From: Gemmatimonadales bacterium | GTDB lineage: Bacteria > Gemmatimonadota > Gemmatimonadetes > Gemmatimonadales > GWC2-71-9 | Direction of reading: 5' to 3' | DNA length: 64,000 nucleotides | Assembly (NCBI GenBank): GCA_041577295.1 | Contig: JBFGJG010000024.1 | Location: forward strand, 1-64,000 | In this document: positions 17,465-27,163 of the stretch, piece after piece | Numbering within the stretch: position 1 is the stretch's first letter | Layout of the letters: each line of letters starts with the position of its first letter | The notes under the pieces: model-generated | What the model was told of the DNA's origin: nothing | What the model saw: the letters and a program-made list of their open reading frames with translations, nothing else | Databases searched by the model: none | Translations under genes and position numbers: made by a program

Positions 17465-18279
17465 CTCTTTTCGGCGGTTTTCGGTCGCTTTGAATTCAGA
17501 AACGACAGGACCCTGCGCAGCAAGAAACGAGGAGCAAGGCGCATCGAGCCCACGGATACCTTGTTGACGAGACCGGGGACGACGATCGTGCGACCGCGCT
17601 GCCAGCCGTCGTATCCCGCGCGCGCCACCGGCATCGAGGGGAGAGTTCCGAGACGGAAAAGGTTCGACTCCTCCATGTCCGCTGCGGTGGCGAACTCGGT
17701 GGCCGTGGGCCCGGGCGCGAGACAGGTAACGCGAAGATCGGTCGCCGCCAGCTCGGTTGCCAACGCCTCCGTAAACGACAGGACATACGCTTTCGTCGCG
17801 TAGTACACCGCCATGAGTGGCCCCGGTGTGAACGCGGCGGTAGAAGCCACGTTGAGAATCCCACCGCGGTTGCGGTCGACCATCTGTGGGAGGAAGAGAC
17901 GGGTCAAGTGGGTCAACGCCGACACGTTGAGCGCGATCATGCGAAGCTGGTCCTCGAGCGACAGGTCGGCGAAGCGTCCTCGCAAGCCAAAGCCCGCGTT
18001 GTTGACCACGACGTCAATGACGGTGCCTTCGTCGGTGAGGTGCTGGTGAATGGTGCGGGGAGTCTCAGGCTGAGTGAGATCTCGGGGCAGGACCTGAACG
18101 CGAACTCGATGACGAGAGGTGAGGTCCGTGGCGAGTGTCCTCAGTGCTGCCTCACGTCGCGCGACCAGGACCAGGTCGTAGCCACCGTCCGCAAAGATAT
18201 GCGCCAAATCACGACCGATTCCCGACGAGGCACCGGTGACGAGGACGGTTTGCGGCTCATGGAGGCTGGGCGTGCTCAC
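17461..18279 (-). CDS. short-chain dehydrogenase/reductase
   Basis: TGASSGIG, NNAGFG and YYATK. Start approximate. Confidence 0.92.
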   Translation of the reverse strand: MSTPSLHEPQTVLVTGASSGIGRDLAHIFADGGYDLVLVARREAALRTLATDLTSRHRVRVQVLPRDLTQPETPRTIHQHLTDEGTVIDVVVNNAGFGLRGRFADLSLEDQLRMIALNVSALTHLTRLFLPQMVDRNRGGILNVASTAAFTPGPLMAVYYATKAYVLSFTEALATELAATDLRVTCLAPGPTATEFATAADMEESNLFRLGTLPSMPVARAGYDGWQRGRTIVVPGLVNKVSVGSMRLAPRFLLRRVLSFLNSKRPKTAEKR

Positions 18280-18379
18280 CAACGGTCGCGCGGTACGTGA
18301 AGAGAGGGCAGCGTCATGGCGGCAATCGTAGACGCTGCCCCCGCGGGCGTCAAATCCGCCGTGCAAGCCTCAGGGTGCG

Positions 18380-18928
18380 TCAGTCACGACGCGCAAACTC
18401 GGGCTTGAGCTTGTTGCGAAACTTTTCGCGAAACTTCGCCACTTTCGGATCGATCACGACCATACAGTAAGGCTGCGCACCATTGCGTCGATAGTACTCC
18501 TGATGGTAGTCCTCGGCCGGATAGAACTTGTCCAGCGGAGCCACTTCGGTGACTATGGGATCCTTCCAGATCTTGGCTGAATTGAGTTCAGCTATCAGTT
18601 TCTCGGCAATGGTGCCCTGGTCCGGAGAGTGAACAAAGACCACCGAACGGTACTGCGTGCCGGTATCCGGTCCCTGACGATTGAGGGTCGTTGGGTCATG
18701 GGTGGCGAAGAAGATCTCCAAGATCTCTCGATACGACGTGACTTTTGGATCAAACTGTACTTGCACCACCTCGGCATGCCCGGTTGTGCCTGTACACACC
18801 AACTGGTACGACGGGTTGGCCACTCGCCCTCCTGCGTATCCCGAGGTAACCTGCGAGACACCCTCCACCTGCTCGAATACCGCTTCGAGGCACCAGAAGC
18901 ACCCTCCGCCCAGTGTTGCCGTTTCCAT
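18380..18928 (-). CDS. msrA: peptide methionine sulfoxide reductase MsrA
   Basis: GGGCFWCLE, GHAEVV, DPTTLNRQG and AEDYHQEYY. Confidence 0.96.
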   Translation of the reverse strand: METATLGGGCFWCLEAVFEQVEGVSQVTSGYAGGRVANPSYQLVCTGTTGHAEVVQVQFDPKVTSYREILEIFFATHDPTTLNRQGPDTGTQYRSVVFVHSPDQGTIAEKLIAELNSAKIWKDPIVTEVAPLDKFYPAEDYHQEYYRRNGAQPYCMVVIDPKVAKFREKFRNKLKPEFARRD

Positions 18929-18956
18929 TTATCTCTCCCCTGAGAAACGTTTGAGT

Positions 18957-19349
18957 TTACTTGAGTGTTGCTTGCGCGACGGCCTGTCGTTCGAACCAAT
19001 TGTCTCGATACGGGTGCTTCCCTCGCACCAGCGCCCACAGACTCGCCACGAGATACGCCGGCAAGAAGACGGGCCCCCAGCGCTCGCACTGTTGTACGTG
19101 GACTCGCTCATGCGCCCGGGTCTCATGCAAACACTGTCTGTCCCGCCCCAGTACCACGTGTCCGAGTGCCAATGCCGCAACGCCGCCGGGCAGCGGCGCG
19201 TGGCGAAGGATCCATCCCAGCAGGCCTCCGTGCACCTCGAGCACCCCGTCCACGATCCTCGTTCCCCCTCCGGTGATGATACTCAAGCCGGCGCCCATTA
19301 AGCCGATGAGACTGGTGGGACCCGCCCACAGATACCGCAGAACGATCAC
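18957..19349 (-). CDS. hypothetical protein with HExxH motif
   Basis: AHERVHVQQCERWG...PYRDNWFE. GTGA overlap with the upstream gene. Confidence 0.7.
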   Translation of the reverse strand: MIVLRYLWAGPTSLIGLMGAGLSIITGGGTRIVDGVLEVHGGLLGWILRHAPLPGGVAALALGHVVLGRDRQCLHETRAHERVHVQQCERWGPVFLPAYLVASLWALVRGKHPYRDNWFERQAVAQATLK

Positions 19350-20173
19350 CGCTCCCGCCGTCTCGCTTTGCGCTTTTCCTTTCCCCGAAGCGTGAAACGT
19401 AACCCCGTCCACGTGTCATTGAATGCGGCGACCTTGAAGTCCACGAGACCGGAGTCCTCCGCTGTGCGGCGAACGATGGCTTGTGTGAGATCCGACTCCA
19501 GCGATGACGATCGCTTTGGCCACGCGATCCACAGTCCCCCATTGTGTCCCATCGGTGCGAGCCTGGGCAGTTGGCCTGTCAGTCTTTTCAGCGAGGTTAC
19601 GAACACAATGGTAATGTCTGGTTGGGGGGTGAGGTTCCGACTCAACTTCACGCCGGTGGGAAGGGGGGCCAGCTCTTCTGGGAAATTCTTTGGTCCATTG
19701 AGCACTGCGACGCGGCTACCAGGGTTGATGCCGAGCTTTTTGGAGAGCGGGGTCCGGGCATAGGCGCCGAATACCGACGGGAACCGGATGGGTTCTGATG
19801 GAGGATGACGTATAGCGCGCTTCAGCGCCCTGTTGATGCCTGCCCACGAGGCGTACACGGCGTCCGGCAACAGTGCCTTGACCTTGGTCACCTTTTCTCG
19901 CTCCCCGCCGACAAAGACGATCGGGATCGATCGCGTGCGGGGTGAGTGACGCAATGTCACCGCGATGTCTCGCCCTTGTGAGGGAAGTCTGGTCAAATCG
20001 ATGACTACGGCCCGGGGCGGTTGCCGCCGCATCTCACGTAGCTCCTTCGGTCCGGGCACAGTGTGGCTCACGCGATAACCGAGGGCAGACAGCTGTGCTG
20101 CTCGCGTGCGCGCCTCATCAGCGTTCCAGTGGATCAATCTCAGCCGGAGTTTCTTCCGTGCGCCGGCACCCAT
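19346..20173 (-). CDS. receiver-like domain fused to DUF3052-like domain
   Basis: N-half AVVIDLTRLPSQGRD...IPIVFVGG; C-half YARTPLSKKLGI...LWIAWPKRSS...GLVDFKVAAFNDTWTGLRF. Confidence 0.7.
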   Translation of the reverse strand: MGAGARKKLRLRLIHWNADEARTRAAQLSALGYRVSHTVPGPKELREMRRQPPRAVVIDLTRLPSQGRDIAVTLRHSPRTRSIPIVFVGGEREKVTKVKALLPDAVYASWAGINRALKRAIRHPPSEPIRFPSVFGAYARTPLSKKLGINPGSRVAVLNGPKNFPEELAPLPTGVKLSRNLTPQPDITIVFVTSLKRLTGQLPRLAPMGHNGGLWIAWPKRSSSLESDLTQAIVRRTAEDSGLVDFKVAAFNDTWTGLRFTLRGKEKRKARRRER

Positions 20174-20217
20174 CGATCAGCGCCTGCGAGGGGAAAGCGT
20201 ATCGGTCGTTCGCAATT

Positions 20218-20320
20218 TCAAACCTTCCCTCGCTCCAGGCGCTGCAACGCTTGTGCGGCTCGCCAATCCCGGATCTCCTGTTTCTTCGCTTCGGCGACCC
20301 ATTCGGCCAGCTCGCAGCGG
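20218..20320 (-). pseudogene. C-terminal remnant of a YdeI/OmpD-associated family gene
   Basis: Manual translation ELAEWVAEAKKQEIRDWRAAQALQRLERGKV*; no start codon. Confidence 0.55.
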
Positions 20321-20327
20321 CAGGCCC

Positions 20328-20768
20328 TCAGAGCATACGGCGAAAGTGAAAGCTCGTGATCTCCATGCCATGGCGAAAGTAAAATCGGTGAGCGGCATGT
20401 CGTTGGACACCGGAATCCAGGTCGATCTCCTGGCAGCCGGCGGCGCGGGCCTGCTCGGCGAGCCAGCGCAAGAGTTGCGCGCCGTACCCGCGTGACCGGT
20501 CTGCGTCGTTCGTCACGAGGTCGTCGACATACATGTGCCGTCCGCGCGCGAGCATGGTGGTGATGCGGAACCCCGCAACGGCGTGAACCCTCGCTTCGGC
20601 CTCGAGATAGGCCAACTGATAGCCGTCCTGTATCATCGAGCGAATCAACGGGACGAAGAACTCCTTCTCCAGATGCGGTCGGAGCTGAACCATCACGGCA
20701 AAGCAGCGGGCGATATCGTCATCGCTTTGGGCGATTCGGATCTGCACGCTATCCGGACTCCCGGTCAT
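20328..20768 (-). CDS. GNAT-family N-acetyltransferase
   Basis: YVDDLVTNDADRSRGYG and LDSGVQRHAAHRFY. Start ATG 20768. Confidence 0.9.
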   Translation of the reverse strand: MTGSPDSVQIRIAQSDDDIARCFAVMVQLRPHLEKEFFVPLIRSMIQDGYQLAYLEAEARVHAVAGFRITTMLARGRHMYVDDLVTNDADRSRGYGAQLLRWLAEQARAAGCQEIDLDSGVQRHAAHRFYFRHGMEITSFHFRRML

Positions 20769-20787
20769 GAGAGAAACGCCTGCGTAA

Positions 20788-21231
20788 TCATACGAGGTGG
20801 GCCCGTTGGCCGATGGCGTATGCATCCCGGACGAGTTGCTTGAACGCTGCGTCGAAGGCTGCAGGGCTCCGAATGCGCAGGTGGTGCGAGAAGGCGCTGG
20901 GAGGAATGAACTCGATCTTGCGGAGGGCGGGATGGTCATGCCGTCGTGTGAGCCACAGAGCGACGTCGAGCCACTGCTTTCTCGGCACGGTTCCGGCGAA
21001 GCGTACGCTTCCCTGAAACACAATCCTGGTCTTCTGTGCGTAGATGGTGGCAGGACCGCACTCGCGGACGATTTCTCGGAACTGCTCGAACAGCCTGCGC
21101 ACGGTTGGATCCTTTCCGCGAAAATGGTCTCTCAGGCGGTGGCTTCCGCAAGAGTGCCACATGTTCGCACTGACAAACCGGTGACCGCACCGCGGACACT
21201 TCCATAGTGGCTTGCGACCCTTGAGAGACAT
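20788..21231 (-). CDS. DUF5655-like protein with N-terminal Cys/His knuckle
   Basis: WKCPRCG...HSC, AQKTRIVFQGSVRFAG and C-terminal LVRDAY. Confidence 0.7.
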   Translation of the reverse strand: MSLKGRKPLWKCPRCGHRFVSANMWHSCGSHRLRDHFRGKDPTVRRLFEQFREIVRECGPATIYAQKTRIVFQGSVRFAGTVPRKQWLDVALWLTRRHDHPALRKIEFIPPSAFSHHLRIRSPAAFDAAFKQLVRDAYAIGQRAHLV

Positions 21232-21253
21232 CAGCGCCGTCCGTCCATCTCGC

Positions 21254-21784
21254 CTACGGCAGAAACTCAGCCGGAATGGGATTGTCATCGCGTTCGTTGT
21301 CGAAGATCCAATCGACTATCCACCACCGGGTGCCGTCGTGGTACATATGAATACTGTTGATACCGCGACCACCCACCGGACCACCAGGGCGTTCGGCCCA
21401 TTCGTAGGTACTCCAAACGTGCGCGACACTGCCAAAGCGATGGGTCACACGGTGAATCTCGCGTTCGTAAAAGCCCCGACTTCGCGGTTCGCGGCAACCG
21501 TCATGGTACTCGCTGAGCGTGAGGTTGCGAATGTGCGGACGGCCCTCGGAATCTACTCCGGCAATGATGGCGCGGGCGTTGGGATCGTGGAGCGATCGGT
21601 CTCGCTCGACATCGCACGGCGCACCGGCTGGTCCCGAGACCACATCGTAGTATGCCGCGATGATGCCATCGAGCGTTGCCACGTCTTCTTGCGCGGGGAG
21701 AGGACGTTGCGCGCCGCACGGTGTGGCCATGACAAACGACATGATGCTCACGACGATCAGGGGCTGACACACGGCTCGAACCAT
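21254..21784 (-). CDS. exported NTF2-like hypothetical protein
   Basis: Signal peptide, DGIIAAYYDVVSGPAG, GFYEREI, AHVWSTYE and GINSIHMYHDGTRWWI. Strong RBS. Confidence 0.75.
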   Translation of the reverse strand: MVRAVCQPLIVVSIMSFVMATPCGAQRPLPAQEDVATLDGIIAAYYDVVSGPAGAPCDVERDRSLHDPNARAIIAGVDSEGRPHIRNLTLSEYHDGCREPRSRGFYEREIHRVTHRFGSVAHVWSTYEWAERPGGPVGGRGINSIHMYHDGTRWWIVDWIFDNERDDNPIPAEFLP

Positions 21785-21827
21785 CACTCCTCCTCGAAGG
21801 TCTACCTCTCGTTCGTATTCCAGAGAC

Positions 21828-22382
21828 TCACGTTGATGCCCAGACGCGGACCATCGGAATGGACACGGCGTCGGCCGTAATCTTTGAACCGTCACCGTGC
21901 ACGCAGAACTCAGGAGTCGGACCGAGCACCATCAATCTGCTCCACAGCGCCCCGGCCTTGCCGAGCACGGTGGCCATGTGTTGATCGAAATCCTCGTACG
22001 ACCACCCGTCCGCTTTGGACAGCCACCACGCGTCTCGATGTTGCTCGAACCATGTCATTCCCAGCCTCAGCCGATAGAGACCCGCGGTGCCGACTGCAGT
22101 CATCGGCGCGACGCGGTCATGCGGTTTCTTGCGCCTTCCGGACACGGCGGCATCGTTCAAGGTGCCAAGGGCGCGAAAGTCATCGACAATGTACCAGTCC
22201 TCGTAGACCGCGACCTCACTTTTGAGCCACGGCACTGAGCCGGCCCGATAGGTGGCCGATCGCCGAAACCCGCTCGGGCGCCTGCCAAGCAGCGATTCGT
22301 GGAATGCAATGAGCCCCTCTTCGTAGTCGTGGGGCTGGAGTTCTGGCTTTGGCGAATGCCAGAAGACGTACGCAAGGGTCAT
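21828..22382 (-). CDS. hypothetical protein
   Basis: LAYVFWH, YEDWY and RLMVLGPTPEFC. ATGA overlap with the upstream gene. Confidence 0.65.
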   Translation of the reverse strand: MTLAYVFWHSPKPELQPHDYEEGLIAFHESLLGRRPSGFRRSATYRAGSVPWLKSEVAVYEDWYIVDDFRALGTLNDAAVSGRRKKPHDRVAPMTAVGTAGLYRLRLGMTWFEQHRDAWWLSKADGWSYEDFDQHMATVLGKAGALWSRLMVLGPTPEFCVHGDGSKITADAVSIPMVRVWAST

Positions 22383-22963
22383 GTAGTTGAGGGCTTCTGG
22401 TTCGTGTCGAGATATGTCGCGCTGAAGATGAGGTGGTCGTAGCCCGCCCATGTGATTTGACGTTCCTCTCGCATTCCGCTCCGTCGCGCGACCATGAGTG
22501 AGCGACCATTTTCGGGGCGAATGAGCGTAATCACGCGCCGTACTGCATGGGTGCTGAGGGCATAGTGCTGAAGTGCGACGGCCAATTCGGTGGCAAACCC
22601 CTGCTGCCAGTAGGGTCGATGGATCAGGTACGCGATGGCAAGCTCCTGTACGTCCTCGACCATGACCCGTACCAGCCCGGCTTGCCCAACGGGCATCCGG
22701 TTCTCTCGTCTTTCCACGAGCCACAGGCCGCACCCATCGCGACGATAGCGTTCTTGTTGCTTTTGAATCCACTCGACGCTCTCAGCTTGATCATACCGCT
22801 TTGGATAGAATCGCATCACGTCGGGATCGGCCAGCATTGTCGCAATGAAGTCGAGATCGTTCAGTGTCATCTCCCGTATCACGAGGCGGGCGGTCATGAG
22901 AATGACGCTAGCCGATCGCATTTCTCGTGCAGACACGCTGTGTGGTCGCGGTGGCCGCGTCAC
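22379..22963 (-). CDS. RimJ/RimL-type GNAT acetyltransferase
   Basis: TARLVIREM, DPDVMRFYP, YWQQGFATE and IRPENGRS. Confidence 0.88.
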   Translation of the reverse strand: MTRPPRPHSVSAREMRSASVILMTARLVIREMTLNDLDFIATMLADPDVMRFYPKRYDQAESVEWIQKQQERYRRDGCGLWLVERRENRMPVGQAGLVRVMVEDVQELAIAYLIHRPYWQQGFATELAVALQHYALSTHAVRRVITLIRPENGRSLMVARRSGMREERQITWAGYDHLIFSATYLDTNQKPSTT

Positions 22964-23481
22964 GTCGTCGTTCGCGCGATCGCGGTGATCCGGGCGAGAT
23001 GGTGGTCGTCGTGCTCGGCCACAAAGAAGAATAGGTCAGTAATGGACATCGGCTGCTCGAGTCGTGGGTGAAGCGACGATCGCGCTAACTCGCTGTCCGA
23101 CACCAGCTCGAGCCGCTGGACGATATTCGACCGAGCCCGGCGAAACTCACTCTGTAGCTCCTCGAGCTTTCGGTCGTTGTGATGGGCATCGTGTGTCCTA
23201 CGGTTCTGGAGGTCGGCGGGCCTGAGTCGAGGGGCCCCGGCGAGGAGGTCGTCGAGTCGACGCTCCCACAAAGGCTCGAGGTCCAGGAGGTGACCGATGT
23301 TTTCCTGAATGGACCACGAGTCGTCTAGTGGCCGCCGCACAACCAGGGCAGGCGGCAGCGCACGAACCAATGCCTCCAACCGCACCGGGGTCCCGCGGAT
23401 CCGTTCGATGATGTCTGGAAACGCCTCGGCTGGAAGGCCGAGCGTGAACTGCCGGTCGAACCAGCGGCGCCGTCGCGTCAT
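22960..23481 (-). CDS. DinB-family protein (YfiT-like)
   Basis: WSIQENIGHLLDLE and FVAEHDDHHL. Confidence 0.88.
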   Translation of the reverse strand: MTRRRRWFDRQFTLGLPAEAFPDIIERIRGTPVRLEALVRALPPALVVRRPLDDSWSIQENIGHLLDLEPLWERRLDDLLAGAPRLRPADLQNRRTHDAHHNDRKLEELQSEFRRARSNIVQRLELVSDSELARSSLHPRLEQPMSITDLFFFVAEHDDHHLARITAIARTTT

Positions 23482-24044
23482 CGGTCTTCCCCCCACACCT
23501 CGCTTTCGAAGCCGAGAAGCTCCGTATCGTCGTCCTGCCAGGCATCATGGGAAAGTCCCGCCTTCTTGCAGAGCCTTTGGAGCAACTCGTTCCGATCCCA
23601 TTCGTAACGCACGGGTGCTTGCGGAAGGAGGAGGCCGAGGCTGGTTCCTTTGCGAATCAGCAAGCCGTGGTGGCCCAAGACGATCTCGCCGGGGTCGATG
23701 GGGTGCATCGATGTGAGCGCACTGATCTCGATGGACAGTTGCGGCACCTCAGCGAGTTCAACTCGAGCAAACCGTGGATCGTCCGTCGCGGACGCGATGG
23801 TCATCGCCACGACCGACTCGGCCAACGGCTGCTTTGCTACGCACTGTCCTCGACACCCACGAAGTTCGCCCGTTTCTCGCCGGCGGAGCGTGACGAACGT
23901 GGCACGGGGTTGAAGCAGAACCGAGGAGTAGGAGGATGGATTGGGGTCCGGTAGGCTTCCGGATTCGAGATAGCGAGTGAGCGCCTGGCGAGACAGCCGC
24001 AGCAGCGCAATGCGGTCGGCGAGCGGGATCTGCGTCGTCATCAC
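23478..24044 (-). CDS. AMMECR1 domain protein (AmmeMemoRadiSam system protein A)
   Basis: ATFVTL...LRGCRG, DPRF, EISAL, GLLLPQ and KAGL. Confidence 0.9.
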   Translation of the reverse strand: MMTTQIPLADRIALLRLSRQALTRYLESGSLPDPNPSSYSSVLLQPRATFVTLRRRETGELRGCRGQCVAKQPLAESVVAMTIASATDDPRFARVELAEVPQLSIEISALTSMHPIDPGEIVLGHHGLLIRKGTSLGLLLPQAPVRYEWDRNELLQRLCKKAGLSHDAWQDDDTELLGFESEVWGEDR

Positions 24045-24095
24045 ATAGCAATCTAGCCACGCTCCGGAGTGCAGCGCACGCCGCGTGGGGGAACG

Positions 24096-24527
24096 TCACT
24101 CTTCGGCCGGCTCAAACGGCATGCCCTTTCCTGTCTCGCACAGCTGCTTGAGGCTCCACAGATAGTAGCCCCAATTGAAGTTGTAGGTACCGTACACCTC
24201 ATCGCTCAACTCCGCCGCGTAATCTTGCTCGAACATCAGCTGTGTCTCGCCATCCTCATCGCTCAGGGTGAACGAGAAGGTGTTGTTTCTCCAGTTTGCG
24301 TGTCCATCCACGCATTGCCATTCGACGAGCTTGTTGGGATCGAGCGTAGTCTGCTTCATGTTGGGGTGAAAGTCGCCATGAAACGTGAAGTCGATGAGAC
24401 CGCCTTCGTGCTCTGCCGCTTCCACCTGCGTTGTCCACCACCCACTGAGCCCTTTCTGCGTCGTGATAGCCTCATAGACCTCTTTCGGCGTCGCATGGAT
24501 GTGCACTACATGGATTATCTTCTTCAT
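24096..24527 (-). CDS. SRPBCC/AHSA1 domain protein
   Basis: VYEAITTQKGLSGWWT and NWGYYLWSLKQLCETGKG. GAGGAG RBS. Confidence 0.85.
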   Translation of the reverse strand: MKKIIHVVHIHATPKEVYEAITTQKGLSGWWTTQVEAAEHEGGLIDFTFHGDFHPNMKQTTLDPNKLVEWQCVDGHANWRNNTFSFTLSDEDGETQLMFEQDYAAELSDEVYGTYNFNWGYYLWSLKQLCETGKGMPFEPAEE

Positions 24528-24671
24528 TGATTTACTCCTCTCCCAGTCGGTTCGCTGTGCTGCAGCGGGAGGCTGCGATAGTTGACCCACGGTTGCATCA
24601 ACTGCTTGGGAACATCAGAATCAACTGGCCTTCTCCAACGGCGCCGGTCAGGCCAGCCGCGAGTGACATAT

Positions 24672-25250
24672 TCATGTGTCCGTGCGGTCCGCCACCTGGA
24701 CCGCGCGCAGAATTCGGACAGCACTCGACAAAACCAGTGCGGCAATCCCCGCTCCCATAAGAAGGTCCCATGCCGGCATGTTCGTGACTGCCACGAGGAT
24801 TCCGCCGACGATCACGCTCAGGTTCACCAAAACATCGGTCTGTGAGAAGATCCAAGTCGCCTTCATGTGCACCCCGGCGTAACGATGGCGACCTACGAGG
24901 TTCAGACACCAAACGTTGGCCCCCAAGGCCATGAGCGACACTACGATCATGTACAGTGGCTGTGGATCGCTGCCGATGATGAAACGCCTCACCACCTCCG
25001 TAATCGCAGCTAGTGCCAATGTGGCCTGCAAAAGCCCCGCGAGCGTCGCCGCGCGTACTTGGGAACGAGGACCGCGACTCGCCCCATACAGCGAAACGCC
25101 GTAAACCGCAGCATCGGCGAACATATCGAGCGAGTCGGAGATCAGAGCGGTCGACTCCACCAACCAGCCGGCCGTGAACTCCGTCACGAACATCACCGCG
25201 TTGATCACGAGGACGGTGATCAGTACCGACGTTGGAGTTTCGTTCCCTAT
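24672..25250 (-). CDS. CDF-family cation transporter (TM domain only); possible ATA start
   Basis: STALISDSLDMFADA, ATWIFSQTDVLVN and DLLMG. The frame stays open upstream of GTG 25208 to an ATA at 25250, which is preceded by GGAGG. Confidence 0.85.
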   Translation of the reverse strand: MGNETPTSVLITVLVINAVMFVTEFTAGWLVESTALISDSLDMFADAAVYGVSLYGASRGPRSQVRAATLAGLLQATLALAAITEVVRRFIIGSDPQPLYMIVVSLMALGANVWCLNLVGRHRYAGVHMKATWIFSQTDVLVNLSVIVGGILVAVTNMPAWDLLMGAGIAALVLSSAVRILRAVQVADRTDT

Positions 25251-25287
25251 CTATGCCTCCGGCTAGCCCTCTGGCTCGTCAGAATCT

Positions 25288-25725
25288 CTACCTGGCCATC
25301 ATGCCGATTACGGCACCAATTCCCAGTCCGAGGAGGCCGCCCCCAATCGCCCCGGCGGCAATTGCTCCGGGTCCGCACCAGGCAGGTGAGTCGCGTTCGC
25401 AGCTGCCGCTGGCGAGCGCGCCGAACACCACGCCGATGCTACCGCCGACGATAGCTCCGATGAGCGCGCTCTGACGGACTGCGCTTCTCGCGCGCACGAC
25501 CGGCAAGGATTCCGGCTTGGTGTTCTCGGCAAGCCATCCGGCCGGCACCCGACCCGAACGTGCGTCGATCGCGTTGTTGAGCAGATCGGCTGTGTTCACG
25601 GGCGCCCACGGTCCAGCGTCGAGGCGCTGGGCTGAAGCGGCCGTCGGAATCAGGAGCGTAGCGAGCAGCGACGCCGCGAGGCCCACGAGATGTCGTTGAG
25701 GCAACGAGAACCTCGGCGTGATCAC
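25288..25725 (-). CDS. hypothetical exported protein with glycine-zipper-like C-terminus
   Basis: Signal peptide ending ASAQ; GAIVGG...GGGLLGLGIG. Confidence 0.6.
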   Translation of the reverse strand: MITPRFSLPQRHLVGLAASLLATLLIPTAASAQRLDAGPWAPVNTADLLNNAIDARSGRVPAGWLAENTKPESLPVVRARSAVRQSALIGAIVGGSIGVVFGALASGSCERDSPAWCGPGAIAAGAIGGGLLGLGIGAVIGMMAR

Positions 25726-25731
25726 CTTACG

Positions 25732-26340
25732 TCACGGTCCGCCTGAGGACGTGACCGACACGTCCAAGTCCCGCAAAAGTCCATCACGGAGGTCGTAGAT
25801 CCAGCCGTGAACAACGAGCGATTGGCCGCGCTCCCACGCTCGTGTCACTGTGCTCGTGTTGCACACGTTGCGAACCTGTGCGATGACATTCAACTCACAT
25901 AGGCGCCGCCAACGTGCTGTTCCATCGGTGAGCTGATTCAACTCTGCCTCATGAGCCTCTCGCACCGCTCGCACGTGCCGTAACCAGTGTTCCAACGGTG
26001 GCTCGAGCGGTGGACCAAACGCTGCCCGTACACCACCACAACCGTAGTGTCCACAGACGATCACGTGCTTGACACCGAGGTTCTCAACGGCGTACTGCAG
26101 GACTGATAAATAATTGATGTCTTCCGGTGGTGCGACGTTCGCAACATTGCGATGGACAAAGAGCTCACCGGGTGCGAGATCGACGATCTGGTTGGCTGGG
26201 ACTCGACTGTCGGCGCACCCTATCCAGAGATACTCTGGCGCCTGGATGGCGCAGAGACGAGTGAAAAAGTCGGAGTCCCGAGCCACCTGACCCTGCGCCC
26301 ACGACCGATTCTTCGCAAAGATCTGTGGGAGATAACGCAT
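25732..26340 (-). CDS. can: beta-class carbonic anhydrase
   Basis: WIGCADSRVP, FVHRNVAN and CGHYGCGG. Confidence 0.94.
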   Translation of the reverse strand: MRYLPQIFAKNRSWAQGQVARDSDFFTRLCAIQAPEYLWIGCADSRVPANQIVDLAPGELFVHRNVANVAPPEDINYLSVLQYAVENLGVKHVIVCGHYGCGGVRAAFGPPLEPPLEHWLRHVRAVREAHEAELNQLTDGTARWRRLCELNVIAQVRNVCNTSTVTRAWERGQSLVVHGWIYDLRDGLLRDLDVSVTSSGGP

Positions 26341-26415
26341 CCCCTGTTCTCACAGTGCATTCGTCGATTGTCAAGAGGACACGCGCTCGCCGGCCTGAAC
26401 CACCCCGGCAGAGAC

Positions 26416-26976
26416 TCAGCTAGGCCACAGCCAGCCGAACGATCCTGCGGTCAGCAATGCGTAGATGAGGCTATCGAACGTCGACTTGAGCGTTGTGCTC
26501 CAGGCACGCTTGTACCAAATCGAGTTCTGCCACAAGGCCACCCCGTAGGCGAGAAACGCGGCCGTCCCTGAGAAGCGAAACGCCTCGAGGTACGCCGCAC
26601 CGGGGGCCAGCGCCCGGCCAGCCACGTACGCGGCCAAGCCACCGACGATAATGCAGTAGACGAACCACTGCACCAGGCTCCCGGTCATTCCTGGCATACC
26701 GGGCGGCAGCACCGTCATGAAGGCTACCGGTCCCTTCACGACCTTTTCTTGGAACTCCGGGGTTTTCATGCCGGCAGGCCCACCCGCGCAAGGAAGAACG
26801 TACTCTCCTGGCGGGATGTTGAAGGGGCGGAGGGCGTCCATCACACGGTCCTCGTCGGGCACCTTCTTGAAATCGTTGTGGTGGTAGGGCAGGACCATGT
26901 GAATGATGGAGCTGGCAATGAACACGAGCACGGCAGACAACAGGATCGGGAGCCACAGCGAAGCGATCGAGACCAT
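26416..26976 (-). CDS. conserved hypothetical membrane protein
   Basis: Four hydrophobic segments; [10 protein letters not shown]...IIHM...PPGEY...FGWLWP. Confidence 0.75.
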   Translation of the reverse strand: MVSIASLWLPILLSAVLVFIASSIIHMVLPYHHNDFKKVPDEDRVMDALRPFNIPPGEYVLPCAGGPAGMKTPEFQEKVVKGPVAFMTVLPPGMPGMTGSLVQWFVYCIIVGGLAAYVAGRALAPGAAYLEAFRFSGTAAFLAYGVALWQNSIWYKRAWSTTLKSTFDSLIYALLTAGSFGWLWPS

Positions 26977-27163
26977 GTTTCCCCCCGGAGCAGAGATATT
27001 TGCAACCCGCGCTAAGACGTCGTGTGATAAGCTGGGCTGAAAACCGCCACGCCGCCAGCACCCCGTCGCTGTGCTTCGTTGGGGATCTGGGCCTTCAGGG
27101 CATCATTGGGATCTCACTGATCGGGCACTGCGGCAACATTCCACGTTGGGCCTTCGTGAGCAC

